Assembly (NCBI GenBank): GCA_965178125.1
Contig: OZ237746.1
Location: 186,001-250,000 of the forward strand
From: Bilabrum cf. latius
Taxonomy: Eukaryota
Reading direction: 5' to 3'
Length of the DNA stretch: 64,000 bases
The translations under genes were made by a program, and so were the position numbers. The notes beneath the pieces were generated by a model. That model made no database searches. It was not told the origin of the DNA and saw nothing but the letters and a program-made list of their open reading frames with translations. Shown piece by piece: positions 24,901-36,700 of the stretch (the first letter of the stretch is position 1; the number at the start of each line of letters is the position of its first letter).

Positions 24901-26639
24901 TGGCCGTCCCGGAGAACAACGTACTGGGCACGGTGGGCCGCGGGGAGTACCAGTCCACCCGCCGCTCGATGATCGAGTGCGTGCTGGCCACCGACATGGC
25001 AGGGCACTTTGGGATGATGGAGGCCTTCGAGACGGAGGTTGTGGCTGCGGCCGAGTCTGCCCTTCGGAACGCAATTCGAGTGGGCAGTTCTCGCACCGGT
25101 AGGGCGGTGGCTTCCATCCACCCCGGCCTGAAGCGGAGGGGCACGGAGCTTGCCTTGCTCGCCAAGACCCAGCTAGGCGGCACGGGACCGATGAATAGCA
25201 GCTCGCGCACGTTGCCCGGCACGAGTGGGGGGCAAGCGGCGATGTCCATGCCACGAGGTGGATCGTTCGTGAACCTGCAGCACACGCGCAAATCTGTGCA
25301 GGAGGCAGGGGCACAGCACACGATCAACGGGAGCCTTGCACCACCAGGTCAGAGGGCGCGCCCCCGAATGTCCATGGCCTCTGCCAGCGTGCGCTCCTTC
25401 GCAACATCCGTGACGGTCGGCATGGGGCCTAGGTCCTTGAGCAGCTTTGCTTCGGGGCAGAGCTCTGCCACGGCGCAGCTCGCCATCGCGGGAAGAAGGC
25501 AGTGGTACGGTGCGGACGAGAAGGCGGTGGCGGCCGCGCTGCAGTCTCACGCGAGGCACCTGTGCAAGGCGCTCGTCCACGCAGCCGACATCAGCAACCC
25601 GACCAAGCCCAGGGATGTCGCGCTGGCGTGGGCCCGTCGGTGCATGGACGAGTTCTACGAGCAAGGCGACATCGAGCGGGAGAGAGGCATGGCCATCTCC
25701 CCCAACTTTGACCGCACGTCCACCCACGAGGCCAGGTGCCAGCTCGGGTTCATTTCCTTCATCATCGAGCCCACCTTCAAGAGCATCCGCAAAGTGCTAC
25801 CCCACGTGTCTGAGGACCTCCAGTTCAGCTTGGAGGGGAACAAGATCATGTATGAGTCCAGGGCGGCCGCGGGGCACTCCACGCTCCCCCGCTTCGGACA
25901 GGCCACTCGCCGCAAGAACTCGACCGACTCCAGTGTGGGCAGCCAGCCCAGCTTCCAGTCGCAGCTCCAGGGGTACGACGGCCTTGATGGCCGAGAGAAG
26001 GCACGCAGCCGAAGATCTGCATCCCCGGGGGGGGCAGGAGGGGCGAGGAGCCAAGCGCTCAGGGGAGGGTACGCCAGCATGGACGATGCTGTCGCGTTCA
26101 CGGTGAAGCAGAGGCGCAGGAGCAGCAGCGGCAGCAGCTCTCCCGATGCTGACGGGGGTGGCATACCCCAGCATAACGGACCCGCATCTCCAGCCGCGGC
26201 ACCGACCCAGCTAGAGGACCTTGGCCGGAAGGGAATCGGCAGGACGAGGGCCGACAGCCCCAAGCTGCGACCGCTATCTGCCAAGGCCTCGCTTGCTGGC
26301 AGCGGCACCGGCAGCGGCAGCGGTAGCGCCAGTGGAAGCCCGAGGCGAGCTTAGGACAAACCCGTGCTGGAACTCGGCGGGATGCCAAACTTGTCGCTGC
26401 CTGGTGCTGTCGATGTTGCACCGCAGTGCGATGCGCCCGCAGAGGGCCCCGCCGCTGGCATGGGCAGAAAGGACTCCAAGTTGTCAAAGGACTCAAAGGA
26501 CACGGATGCGGGGTTTACCCTTGACGGCGAATCGGTGCACTCGTTTAACGACGGGGACGTCATGGCCTAGGGGAACAGGATTAGCACCCCCGTGCGCACT
26601 GGGGCCGCTGGAATCAGCTCGAGGCTGTCGCCGACGTGA
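21973..26639 (+). CDS. Class I 3',5'-cyclic nucleotide phosphodiesterase (~1522 aa) with N-terminal MGTCCS
   Basis: Exon 21973-22213, intron 22214-22311 (GTAAGA..CGCAG), exon 22312-26639. Motifs 'NPFHNDVHAVDV', 'LLHDLGHPGLTNNFL', 'YNDQSVLENMH', 'LATDM', 'HAADISNPTK', 'EFYEQGD', 'QLGFI'. TAGs at 22108, 22317, 22605, 23826, 26352 and 26568; TGA stop. Confidence 0.92.
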
Positions 26640-26708
26640 CGCCTTTCTGTCAGCATGAATCGGACATTGGCACAGAGTTATTGCCTTCTTAACGCTAGCA
26701 TCGTTGTA

Positions 26709-27915
26709 TTACAACAGTCTCAGATCCGCCCTTATTTTGCCGATGCCCTGATAGTCGGCCTCCACGCGCACCTTCAGATCGGTCGGTGTGGGACCAACGT
26801 CAGCGTCTGTCGCCGAGGCGCTGACAGGCACAAGCCCCAGCGTGGTCCCGCTCATCACACCGTGGCCGGACATGAGCCCATCCAGGATACCCCCGTGCAG
26901 CTAGTCGTCCCTTGCTCCGCCGTCGTCATCAGGAAGAGATGGTATGTCTCTCAGGAATGCCCCCACTCGATCCAGTTCGTCCACCAACCACTGGACCGAC
27001 CGGATCGGGTGCCCCATAACCTGCGTGTGGTCCCCCTCTGCCTCCGCCCCGCCTACCTTCATGCGGACGGGGAGAGGCCCGCCTGTTTCTGCCTTGCAGT
27101 CCGCCTGCATCTGGTCGAACAGGCGGGCCTCCACCGCTCCCTGGAATGCGGGCATTGGCACCGTGTGGCCCATGCCGCCCTGCGACACTCAAAGGCGAGG
27201 CAGACATTTTCCCGACCGAATTTAGAGAGAGATGATAGGATCGCATGTGTATGGGCACCATGAATGAGGTATACTGCAAAGGCGCACTCACGTGATCTGC
27301 TATCGCCATGAACGCGGACACCTGCGTTGACGGCAGCCACCGGTATCCCACTATCTCCAGTGCCGGTGTCAGGGAGCGGCTCTCTGCGGATGCGTTTGTA
27401 ATTCGTGGGCCACCAACGCCGCTGCTTTCTACCCGCACAAGAAACTCGGCCTCCACGCCACGTGCCGAGTAGTCTGGGCTGATTGCAGTTGGTGCTTCCA
27501 TGATATCCTGGGCAAAAATCGGGCCAAAAAATGGCCGATCGAGTCCGAGCAATTTTCTAGCTCCCTCACTAGCGGCACCAACTTTCCAGCCGACCAATTC
27601 CTGACCGAAGCGAGTGGTCCCAGCTTGGATCGCCTGAGCTTGTACGACGTAGGCTTCGTCGATTGAGCTGGGGAGGTTCTATTCATTTACTATGCGCTCA
27701 GTTGGGGTAGTCGATGTAGCTAGAAGAGAAGGTACAACATGGTACCGCTTTGCCTTGGCCTCTGCAAGCTGATTGCCTAGCTTTCGCAACTCTGCAACTC
27801 GCGAAGGATCTATTAGCACTGTTGAGCTGCTGTGAACTCCAGCCCTACGTCCACGCCACGCATGCGCTGCACCATTGCGAAAAACACCAAAGCATAACTT
27901 GACCGATTTCATCAT
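26709..27915 (-). CDS. 2-keto-4-pentenoate hydratase (MhpD)-like protein, FAH superfamily (~364 aa)
   Basis: Exons 27915-27292 and 27179-26709 (intron GTGAGT..TCGCAG). Motifs 'DEAYVVQ', 'VGWKVG', 'PFFGPIF', 'VEAEF', 'PALEIV', 'IADH', 'GHPIRSVQWL', 'VMSGT', 'YQGIGKI'. TAGs at 27679 and 26901; ends TAA. Confidence 0.8.
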
Positions 27916-28098
27916 GGTAGCTCTGTGTGTGTGGGGGGCCATTAGTCTGGCAAGTCGTCTGGTTGCAACCGGCTACCGGCCAGGGGCCGCCGGGTGCGGT
28001 ACCGGCTACAGCGGCGAGTATGTAAGGCCCCAAGTATACGAAACAACGTGGCGCCACTACTAGTAGTGAAAAGCGCGCAGCCGATCCAACACCTATTC

Positions 28099-29949
28099 TC
28101 AGTCACTGTCTGCATCCCCGACCAACCCATCCGCCCGATCGAGGTCCTCCTCCTCCTCCTCCTCTTGCTCCGCCTCCCCTTCCCCCACCTCGATGGGCCC
28201 ATCTGCACTGGCATGCAGGCTCCCTCTCCCTTCCAGCTCGCCGCTCTGACCGGCTGCATGACCGGAGCCGCCCGCTGCTTTGCTGCTGCCGCTGGCACCA
28301 TAACTCGCATCAGCATCAGCGTCAGCGTCAGCGTCAGCATCAGCATCAGCGTCAGCGTCAGCGTCAGCGTCAGCATCAGCGTCAGCGTCAGCGTCAGCGT
28401 CAGCGTCAGCATCACTCGAGTCACCAACCAGGTCCAGCACGTCCTCTTCGTCCTCCTCTTCCTCACCACCTTCGTCGTTGCTACTGAGATCCACATCCTT
28501 CTGCTCCTCTTGATCTGCCCGTGCATCGCGCCGCCGCCTCTTTGACCCCACCTTATCATTGCTGCTTGATTTCTGCCGCATGTGCGTGCCTCTGGCTCTG
28601 CCCTTGCCTCTCGCTGCACCCTTGCCCTATCCCTTACCCTTTCTATCGCTCCTGCCCCTGCCTAGGCCCGAGCTGGAGGCACCACTTCTCCTTCTGCCAT
28701 CTGCCTCAAGGCTTGCCAGTACCAGCTCACTCAGAGCGCCACCTGACCCCCCACTCGCACCTGCAGCCCCCATCGACTGCCTAGACAGCTAAGCAGTTAC
28801 CTGCCCGGGGCTGCCCGCGCCCGCCACAGGCAGTCCCGCAGGCCCAGTTGGCTGCAGCCCTAGCCGGCGGCGCCTGACAGGATCAGGGGGTTGACCCGGC
28901 CTCAGTGGCCTGGTGATCGCAGCCATGAGCCTGTCCACCTTTGTTCCCCCGAGGCCGGGGAGCGCCCTGAGTGCCGAGGCGGGGCACCGGAGGAGGTCAG
29001 CGAACGTGCTCGCCTTCCCCCTTTTCTGGGGTGCTGATGATGATGATACCTTTGTAGATTGAGGAGAATGGGAGGGGGCTGGGGATGGCTCCGGTGACAT
29101 GCTCTTGGGCACGCCTCCTGCGATCGTGACCACGTCCGTGGAGTTGACACCCCGCACCGAGGTCATCGCGCTGGCGATGGCCTGCCCCGCAGTCTGGTCG
29201 CGGGGCGGCTGGATGTGCTTGGCCGACTTTTTTTCGTAAGCCTTGTACGTCTCTAGATATCTGGCCGCTTCAGCTGGTGACCATGCGACGATGGCAGTGA
29301 ATCCCTCTTGGCATGCTTCCCTGCATACTTCGGAGAGCGGCCTCGTGGGATCGTCGATGTCGGACAGGACGAGGAGCACACGCAGGGTGTACTGCGACCT
29401 GATGTCCCGCATCCTCACTCGAACATACTTGGGGTACCGCAGGTGGTACCTCAACGATAGATACAGTGCACCCACTCCACGACCCAGTTCGTAGTCTGCT
29501 CTGCATCGCTCTTCGAATCTCCAAGGGACATTTCGGATCAAACCGAGCAGCGGGTTTCCGCGCTGCCTCGGACTAACTAAGATTCGCGTCGGGTCTGCAG
29601 CAGCAGGACCTTTGGCTTGTCTTAACACGTGCGACTCTGGTAGATCCGACAGGCTGCTTGCGTTTGCCTGCGATTGCTGCCCTGGTGGTTGTTGCGTGGA
29701 CTGACCTCTGCCTGATCGACTGCCGACTGTGGCGGCTGCAACAGTGGCCGTACCCGAGTTCCTGGTTGCTGATTGATGCAATATATTACGTGATGACCTT
29801 GATGTATGACTTGACGCGCCACGAGAGCCTACACCCGTGGAATCAGACGCTGAAGCCGCATTTGCAATTCGAGCAGGTGCGCCTCCAGATTCAGCGGCCG
29901 CTTCAGCGGCGGCTTCAGCCACCTCTAGGTCCGGCACCTCAAAATTCAT
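28099..29949 (-). CDS. ERCC1: DNA excision repair protein ERCC1/Rad10 with acidic C-terminal tail (~616 aa)
   Basis: Motifs 'ILVSPRQRGNPLL', 'ALYLSLRYH', 'LRVLLV', 'AWSPAEAARYLETYK' and HhH 'LPGLGGTKV'. TAGs at 28789 and 28627; TGA at 28099. Confidence 0.92.
28307..28414. repeat. Coding hexamer microsatellite (GCRTCA) x18 encoding an (Asp-Ala)n tract in ERCC1
   Basis: Tandem gcgtca/gcatca units are directly visible; the variation is synonymous (GAC/GAT) in the ERCC1 frame. Confidence 0.95.
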
Positions 29950-30749
29950 TGTTTTATGGCATTGCTTACGGCAATAAGTTGCAATCTCTAGGCTAAAATG
30001 CAAGCAAACTGACGACAAGAAGGCTCCAAACTCGGAATCCGGCACGACAAGAGTATCCGAGTTTGCACAAAGTTGGAGCATGTCTGAAGCTAAAGTTGCT
30101 TGTGTTGACGAAACGAAGGCGCTTGCGAAATGCTTGAACAGTACGGAATGTATCAAGGCCGGCTACTCATCGAGAGAGTGCTTGACAGAAGGGAGAGCAA
30201 GTGAATGCGACGTAAGCTAGTCTATGTGGTGCGCCAAAACGGCTTGCATACAGTGTAGATGCTACAACGATCGAAAATGTTTAGCTTGTTACCCTCACAC
30301 TTGTGCAGATGCAAAAAACGGCGTATTTTGAGTGCCGACGTGGGCAGTTGGACATGCGGTCTCGAATCCGTGGCATACGCTATTCATCGCCTGGGAAAGA
30401 TTCCTGACAATAGAGAGGATTGAAATCGAATATATCTGAACAGTTTACTTGTTGTTTTGCAAATCGATCCAAAGCAAGCCAGTCAAATCCCTCCGAATTT
30501 CTCGAAGCATTCACCGACTGCACCCTAAGAAATTGTTAGTGTAATACTAAATGAAATCACTGGGGATGACGTTTTGAATCGTGCATACTCTCTGAGGAAG
30601 TATTGCGACCGGACGTTAGGCCAATCCATCGATCGATAAAAGCGCGGCAGCTCGTGGCGGAACCGGCCTACCTATCCTTCGATATCGAACAGTACTACCA
30701 CAGTTGGGACCTCCACAACCAGACATGTGTCCTTGAATAGTCATATTTA

Positions 30750-33700
30750 ATGCCTGAACGAGGTAGAAGGAAGTTGACCGCGCATAAGCGGCAAGTAGGC
30801 CAAGTAAGATTGATAATTATGGCGCTTGAGCGACAGTCCCCGGCGATTAGCTCAATGCAGTCCCCCGGGTTCAGTGATACACACTCCACATTATTGCTAA
30901 ACGGCATTGTCTGTACGCTCCGTTATTTCACTCGCGTTTCTATTACTCTCTTCTGTGGATCGCAGCCAGGCAAGCCGGCGCACACGAGTTAGTTTGCATC
31001 TAGTAGCGTCCAGGCTGCATTTCGCGCCGATCGCGAGCATAGTGGTGGCTGCAGCACCACGTCTCATGGTGGTAGCTCTCGAGCTGGGCGGGGCGAAACG
31101 CCGCTTGTGGCTGAACCGGGTAGAGCAGAAACTTCCGGAGCAATCGCTGGAAAGCAAACTGCAGGTCATCCCATGCGCAGTAGCACCGATGCATCGCAGA
31201 GAGACGGCTCTGCGCCGCTTGCTAAATCCGGTGAAAGGCATTCAAGCAGGGGCAGGGGCAGGGGCCGAGGTCGTGGGAACCGTCGCGGCGAATCGAACGG
31301 CGGTTCCGGGCAGCCCACGGGTGGCCGTGGCGGCACCAAGATGGTGGAATCCAGGCAAGTAAGCGTTGGAAGCAGCCGTGGCCGCGGCAGAGGCGGAGTA
31401 AGCCGCGGAGCAGGGTCGAGCAGTGGTCAGACGGGCGGGTACGCCCGCAGGATGGCCGCACTCGCCGCAGAGCAGCAGCAGCAGCAGCAGGAATCCGCGG
31501 CGGAATCGGCGCGATTCCGGGTAGTAGACCGGAGCAAAAAAGAGGCATCCAGTGAGGAGTGCGGCCAGCAGGAGGCACCCGCGGATAGCTCCTCCAAGCC
31601 CGCCGGACCGTTCGGACGAGGGCCCCGGGGCTCTTCCACGCCGTTTGGCGCCGCGCGCGCCGGTTCCGCACCGGGTGGTTTTGCTGGCGCTCCACTCGGA
31701 GGTGCCCTTGGTGCTGCCATCGCCAGGCAGAAGGCAGCGCAGCAGGGAGGAGCAGTAGGGGAGGCAGTCAGAGGGTCGGGGGTAGTCCGCGCCAGCAGCA
31801 GGAGTTAGCAGCAGCAGCAGCAGCAGCAGCAGCAGGGCGGCAGCGCCGTGGGGAATGCGAGCTCTAGTGTACCTCAGCCGACTGGTGCCGGGTGGAGCCG
31901 CGGGATTGACAGCTCTTCGAATCCTGCGATTGACAGTACCGTGGATGTTGCTGATGCTGCGAGGCCGCCCGCCAGGCAAACCACTGGGGGTCGTGTCCCC
32001 ACCCCGGGGGGCAGCACCACGGGTGGCATCAAGGCCATGCTGTGCATCCACTGGCTCCAGTCGGGTACTTGTCCGTTCGGCGACTCGTGCAGCATGGCGC
32101 ACGGGGCCTCTGAGCTGGGGAGGAGTGGGGGCGGTACTTCAGCGGATCGGGGTACAGGCACAGCCACCAGCACCAGCCCAGCCCAAGGCACGGGTCGTGA
32201 CGTTGCCCCATAGGATGGTTCCTCAAAGCGCGTGCCCTAGCAAAAGCAAAGTGGTGAAGCGGGGGCTGAAGACCTGCACCAGGAGAAGCAGCATGGCGAC
32301 CTAGCGGCCGGCTCCGAGCACGGCTCTGCAACTGGCTCTGGCTCTGGCTCTGGCTCTGGTTCTGGCTCTGGCTCTGCAACGACCGGAGGCAGAGACAGTG
32401 ACAAAGAGAAAAAGGCCTCCAGTGAGTCCTCGTCACATGCTCGCCACACCACAGCACGGCCGCAAGACCAACCAGAGGCCTAGTCCCAGGGCACGGGGCT
32501 GGGCCAGGGCCAGGGGCAAGGTAAAGAAGGCGAGGCGTAGGGAAGTGGCCAGCATTCTCGCTCTATGCTGCCCGGTCATGGTCTTCAACGCATGGACAGC
32601 GCACGGTCGATCATGTCTGCTGCTTCAGGTCACACGGACTACACGGCTGGCTCGGACGGCACTGACAGCACGTTCAAGAAGAAGAAGAAGAGGATGAGGG
32701 GCAGCAGAGGCGGTCGCAAGCGCAACAAAAAGCGGACCAGCGAGGCGTCGTACGGATCGGCGGACGGGTCCCAAACGGGGAGCCTGATGGACAGTGCTGG
32801 GTAGAGCAGGCGCATCTCGGGGGCAAGCCTGGGCAGGGCAGCTGGTGGTGCGACTGCTGCAAGTGGCAGGTATCAGCCCCCGGGGCAGTTCCCCAGCTCA
32901 ACCAAGTCCTCTACATCCCGAGGAGGGCGTGGAGGCATCGCCATAGGCTTCTCTCCCTCCGTGCACGCGCCCCCTCCCAGCCCATCCTCCAAGTCACTGC
33001 ACCGGGCTGGGTCTGGGTCTGGGTCTGGACCTAGAGCTGCTGAGTCTTCAAGCAACTGGAGGCAGGCGAGGCCTCAGCCCACCACACCGGGAGGATCCAT
33101 CCTCAAGACTACTGGCAGGGAAGATGCAGTGCACGGAGGTGCTCGCGTGGCCAGGGATCGGGAGGGCAGCAGCAGCAGCAGCAGGTTCGACTCAAGGACC
33201 CAGCCGAAGGAGGAGCCACGCGGCACAGATGGTCAGAAGCCATCACTGGGGCCAAAGTAGAATGAACTGTACTCGGCCAGAGCCAGAGCCAGCGAGCAGC
33301 ACGGCGACAGCAGCGGGGCGCTGCCCCTCCCTGCATCGGTGTCAGGGGATGGAGAAGACCTCGAGCAGGGCTCCTTCGTCAGTCTGACAGGGGGTCCAAT
33401 GGCCGGGATGCACGCATCTGTGCAAGGGGAGGGCTCAAGGGAGGTCGACGAGCATCCTCATGACCAGCAGCAGAGGACGGGGGCTCGAGCCAATGGAGAT
33501 GTAGAAGACGACAGGCGGTACAGGTCAGGATCTGAGGACAGTAAAGACAGGAAGAGGGTCTCTCAGGGTAGGGCCGCTGTCAGAGGTGCTCGCTGGGGTG
33601 CGGGTAGCAACGAACGCATGGAGCACCATCAGTCACCGCAAGCCTAGGCAAAGCAAGGGTACGCAGGGCAAGCAGTCCCTGGCCCGAGGCGGCGCTCACT

Positions 33701-36700
33701 TGACGATGCAGTTGGTCTGGAGCACCACCCAGACGACGACGAGCAGGAGCAGAATTAGGGGGGGCGTGAGAGGCATGATGGGTCGGGTGAATCCCGTGAT
33801 CGGGCTGGGAGCAACGTGCCAAGCCAGGGGCAGCGGCATCAGAGACCAGCGCGCGGGCGCATGCAGCACGAGCACCGCGACGTCATCGCTGCCCCTGCAC
33901 CCACCGACCAGTCTCTCAGCGTTTCCATGGCAAGCGGTGACATGCATCACCTGGATGCGCACGGGATCGCACACTTCCAGCTGACTGCCAGCGGGTCTCA
34001 GGAGCTGCCCTTGGGCGCGCATGATGGCTCGCATCAGGACGGGAGGCACCATGCGAGGCAGCCTGAAGCTCAGTCCGGCTCCAGACAAAGGCCTCAGCTG
34101 TCACAGTTGAGGGTGGATAGCAACGCTTCGCCGACGATGCACGGGTCTAGCGGGCTCCTCGCAGTGCCCCCCATCACTCCGACCACGCGATCAGGCGATG
34201 CACGCCGCAAGGAGTCAGCAGATAGCAGGCCACACACCGATGGATAGGAGTCCCGCCTGGATGGGGAGCGTATCTAGCAGTAGAATAACGCTGGTCCTGC
34301 CATCGTGCCACCTGCGAGGCCTACTGCATTCTCGAATGGATCCGGGGCTGCTGCCCAGCTGAGCGCCATGGTTGGCGGCACGGTGCTGGGCGCTTTGGGC
34401 GAAAGAGCAGGACCATACCAGAGACAGTAGAGGCCCATGAGTGCGGGCGAGAGGGGTGAGAGTGGCCTTGGAAGGGGGAGGGGGAGGGGCAGGAGCACCA
34501 CCCGCAGGCCAGTGCAAGGCATGGGCCAGGCCAGCATCCCCCACCGTGGTAGTGGGGCTCCCTAGGGCGTGATGGGTGGTAGGTCGGATTCTGTAGGCAG
34601 CAATAGTCGCTCCCTGAGTGGTGTATCCCACCCACCTCGCGATGGAACCGATGGACCCGGGCAAGGGCTCAGTGACGGCTCCTCTAGCCAGTTGCCTCAA
34701 GCCGGGCGGGGTATGCAGCAACAGGGTCGGGCTGATGAGCATAGCAGCAGCAAGTGGCACCAGGAGTCTTCGGCGCAATCGCGATAGCCTCCACCCCAGC
34801 CCAATGAGGACGGGGGCTACGTCTCCTCGGTGCAGCAGGGTCCTCGTGACGGTGGCACCGGGTCCTCGTCAGGGGCGTCAGGAACTGTGCCAACAGGGCA
34901 GCATTAGTCGGACAGCAGCTAGTCGGCCCATGGTTTGCAGGGATCGATGCCCAGTCTTGGGGCCGGTCTGGCCCGAATGCATGCTGCTACAATGAGCGGG
35001 AGCGTTCTTGGGCAAGTTCCCGTCCCCACACCGACCCTCACACCCGGAGGTGTGGGCTTTGGCACACAGCCGCAGTATGGCCTTGATGGTGGTGGGCCGA
35101 TGGTGGGCACCTCTGGCACGAGCGGAATGATGCTGCAGTCCACTGGCGGTTCCTTGCAGCTGCCCCCGCCGCAGTACCATGTTGGACAGCAACTGCAGTA
35201 GCAGCCTGTACCGCAGCACCAGCTGCAGCTGCAACAGATGCAATTGCAGCAGCAGCAGCAGCAGCAGCAGATGATGCCCCGGTCGTTCAGCAACTGGGAT
35301 CCGGCACTCGCTGACGGGGCCCCACGGTACCCTCACTCGTCACACCATGGCGGCTCCCACCCGGCCTCTACTCGTTCCAAGGGCTCCAAGGGGTCTCGAG
35401 GGTCGAGGGGCTCCCGGGGATGCAGGGGATCGGGCATCACCAAGAAGCTGGTTAAGATGAGACAGAGGCTGTCCGATGAGCTGGCTGCCAAGCATCAGAC
35501 CGAGCATGCTCCAAACACTGTTGGCGAAGTGATCCCGTTGTCCCCTTCCTCGGCTGGCACGGGGCCCGACCATTCGGATTACATGCGGCGCGGTGAAAGC
35601 AGGCGACACTCCAAGGGGTCCATGGATGGCAGCCTGAGCACAAGCAAGGAGAGCAGTCGCACCAGCAGCAAAGACAGTAGAGTCTCAGATGGCATGCAAA
35701 CCGGCGAGGGTAAACGGAAGCGCCTGAGACGGCGCGGAAGCAGGGGCAAGAGGCGAGGGCGGGACAATGATGCGTCAACGGAGGCTCCGTCTCCCGTGTC
35801 CGCTGACGGGAGAGGTCATGAGGGCGGTTCCCATCGTTGGCAGCTGGATGCAGAGCAGACGCACCAGCAGCTGCAATAGCAGCAGCAGCATCTCGGTACC
35901 GGGTCCGTTGCACGAGGCAACTTGAAGAGCGACAGTTCGGACGCAGCCGAGACCGTCCGCAAGGCATCCAGCGAGTCGCCAACCAGCCCAAGTGCCGTGC
36001 AAACCGGGGGCACGCAGCTGCAGCATGAATACTCTACAGCACAGTCCAGGCCGGCAGCTCTCCAGGTGACATCGCACGGCTATGCCGCTCCAGCGATCTA
36101 CAGTCGGCGGTCCCAATCACCCTCCGTGCAGGCTGATGGCGCCGCTAACAAGCAACAGAGAGGTAGAGTGCAGCTGCGGCACGATGTGGCTAGTCCTGGG
36201 GCGGCTTCGCGGTCACCATCCCCCGGTGAAGCGAGCCCAGTCATTGACAAGCAACCGAGTCAGGCTGCCACCCCGCACAAGCCTGGCACAGGCACTCGCG
36301 CGCTGGTGCCGGCGCTTGACCTCAGCTCGGCGGTTTCCAAGCCCCCGCGCCACCCCAAAGAACAGTCGGACGTGGAACACCTCTCAGACAGTTCTGACTC
36401 CGACAGCGACTCATCTAGGGGACTCAGCTCTGGCTCTGATTCCGACCGGCTCGAATCGAGCAGGAGTGGCAGCGGGAGCGGGAGCAGGGAGCAGTCTGCC
36501 AGCAGAAGGCGGGGCTCTGCTAGCTCGACTGGCAAGTCGGACTCGAGGCGGCAGTCGGATCACTCCATACCTGCGCGAGCCAGCAAGAGCGGGAACTCAA
36601 CTGGTATCTCTGCAGCTGCGACGGATGCCTCCGGTGGTGACGGTAACGGCGACAGTGCTGCGCCAGTCTCACAAGGCCAACAAGACGAGGGCGCCGGAGA

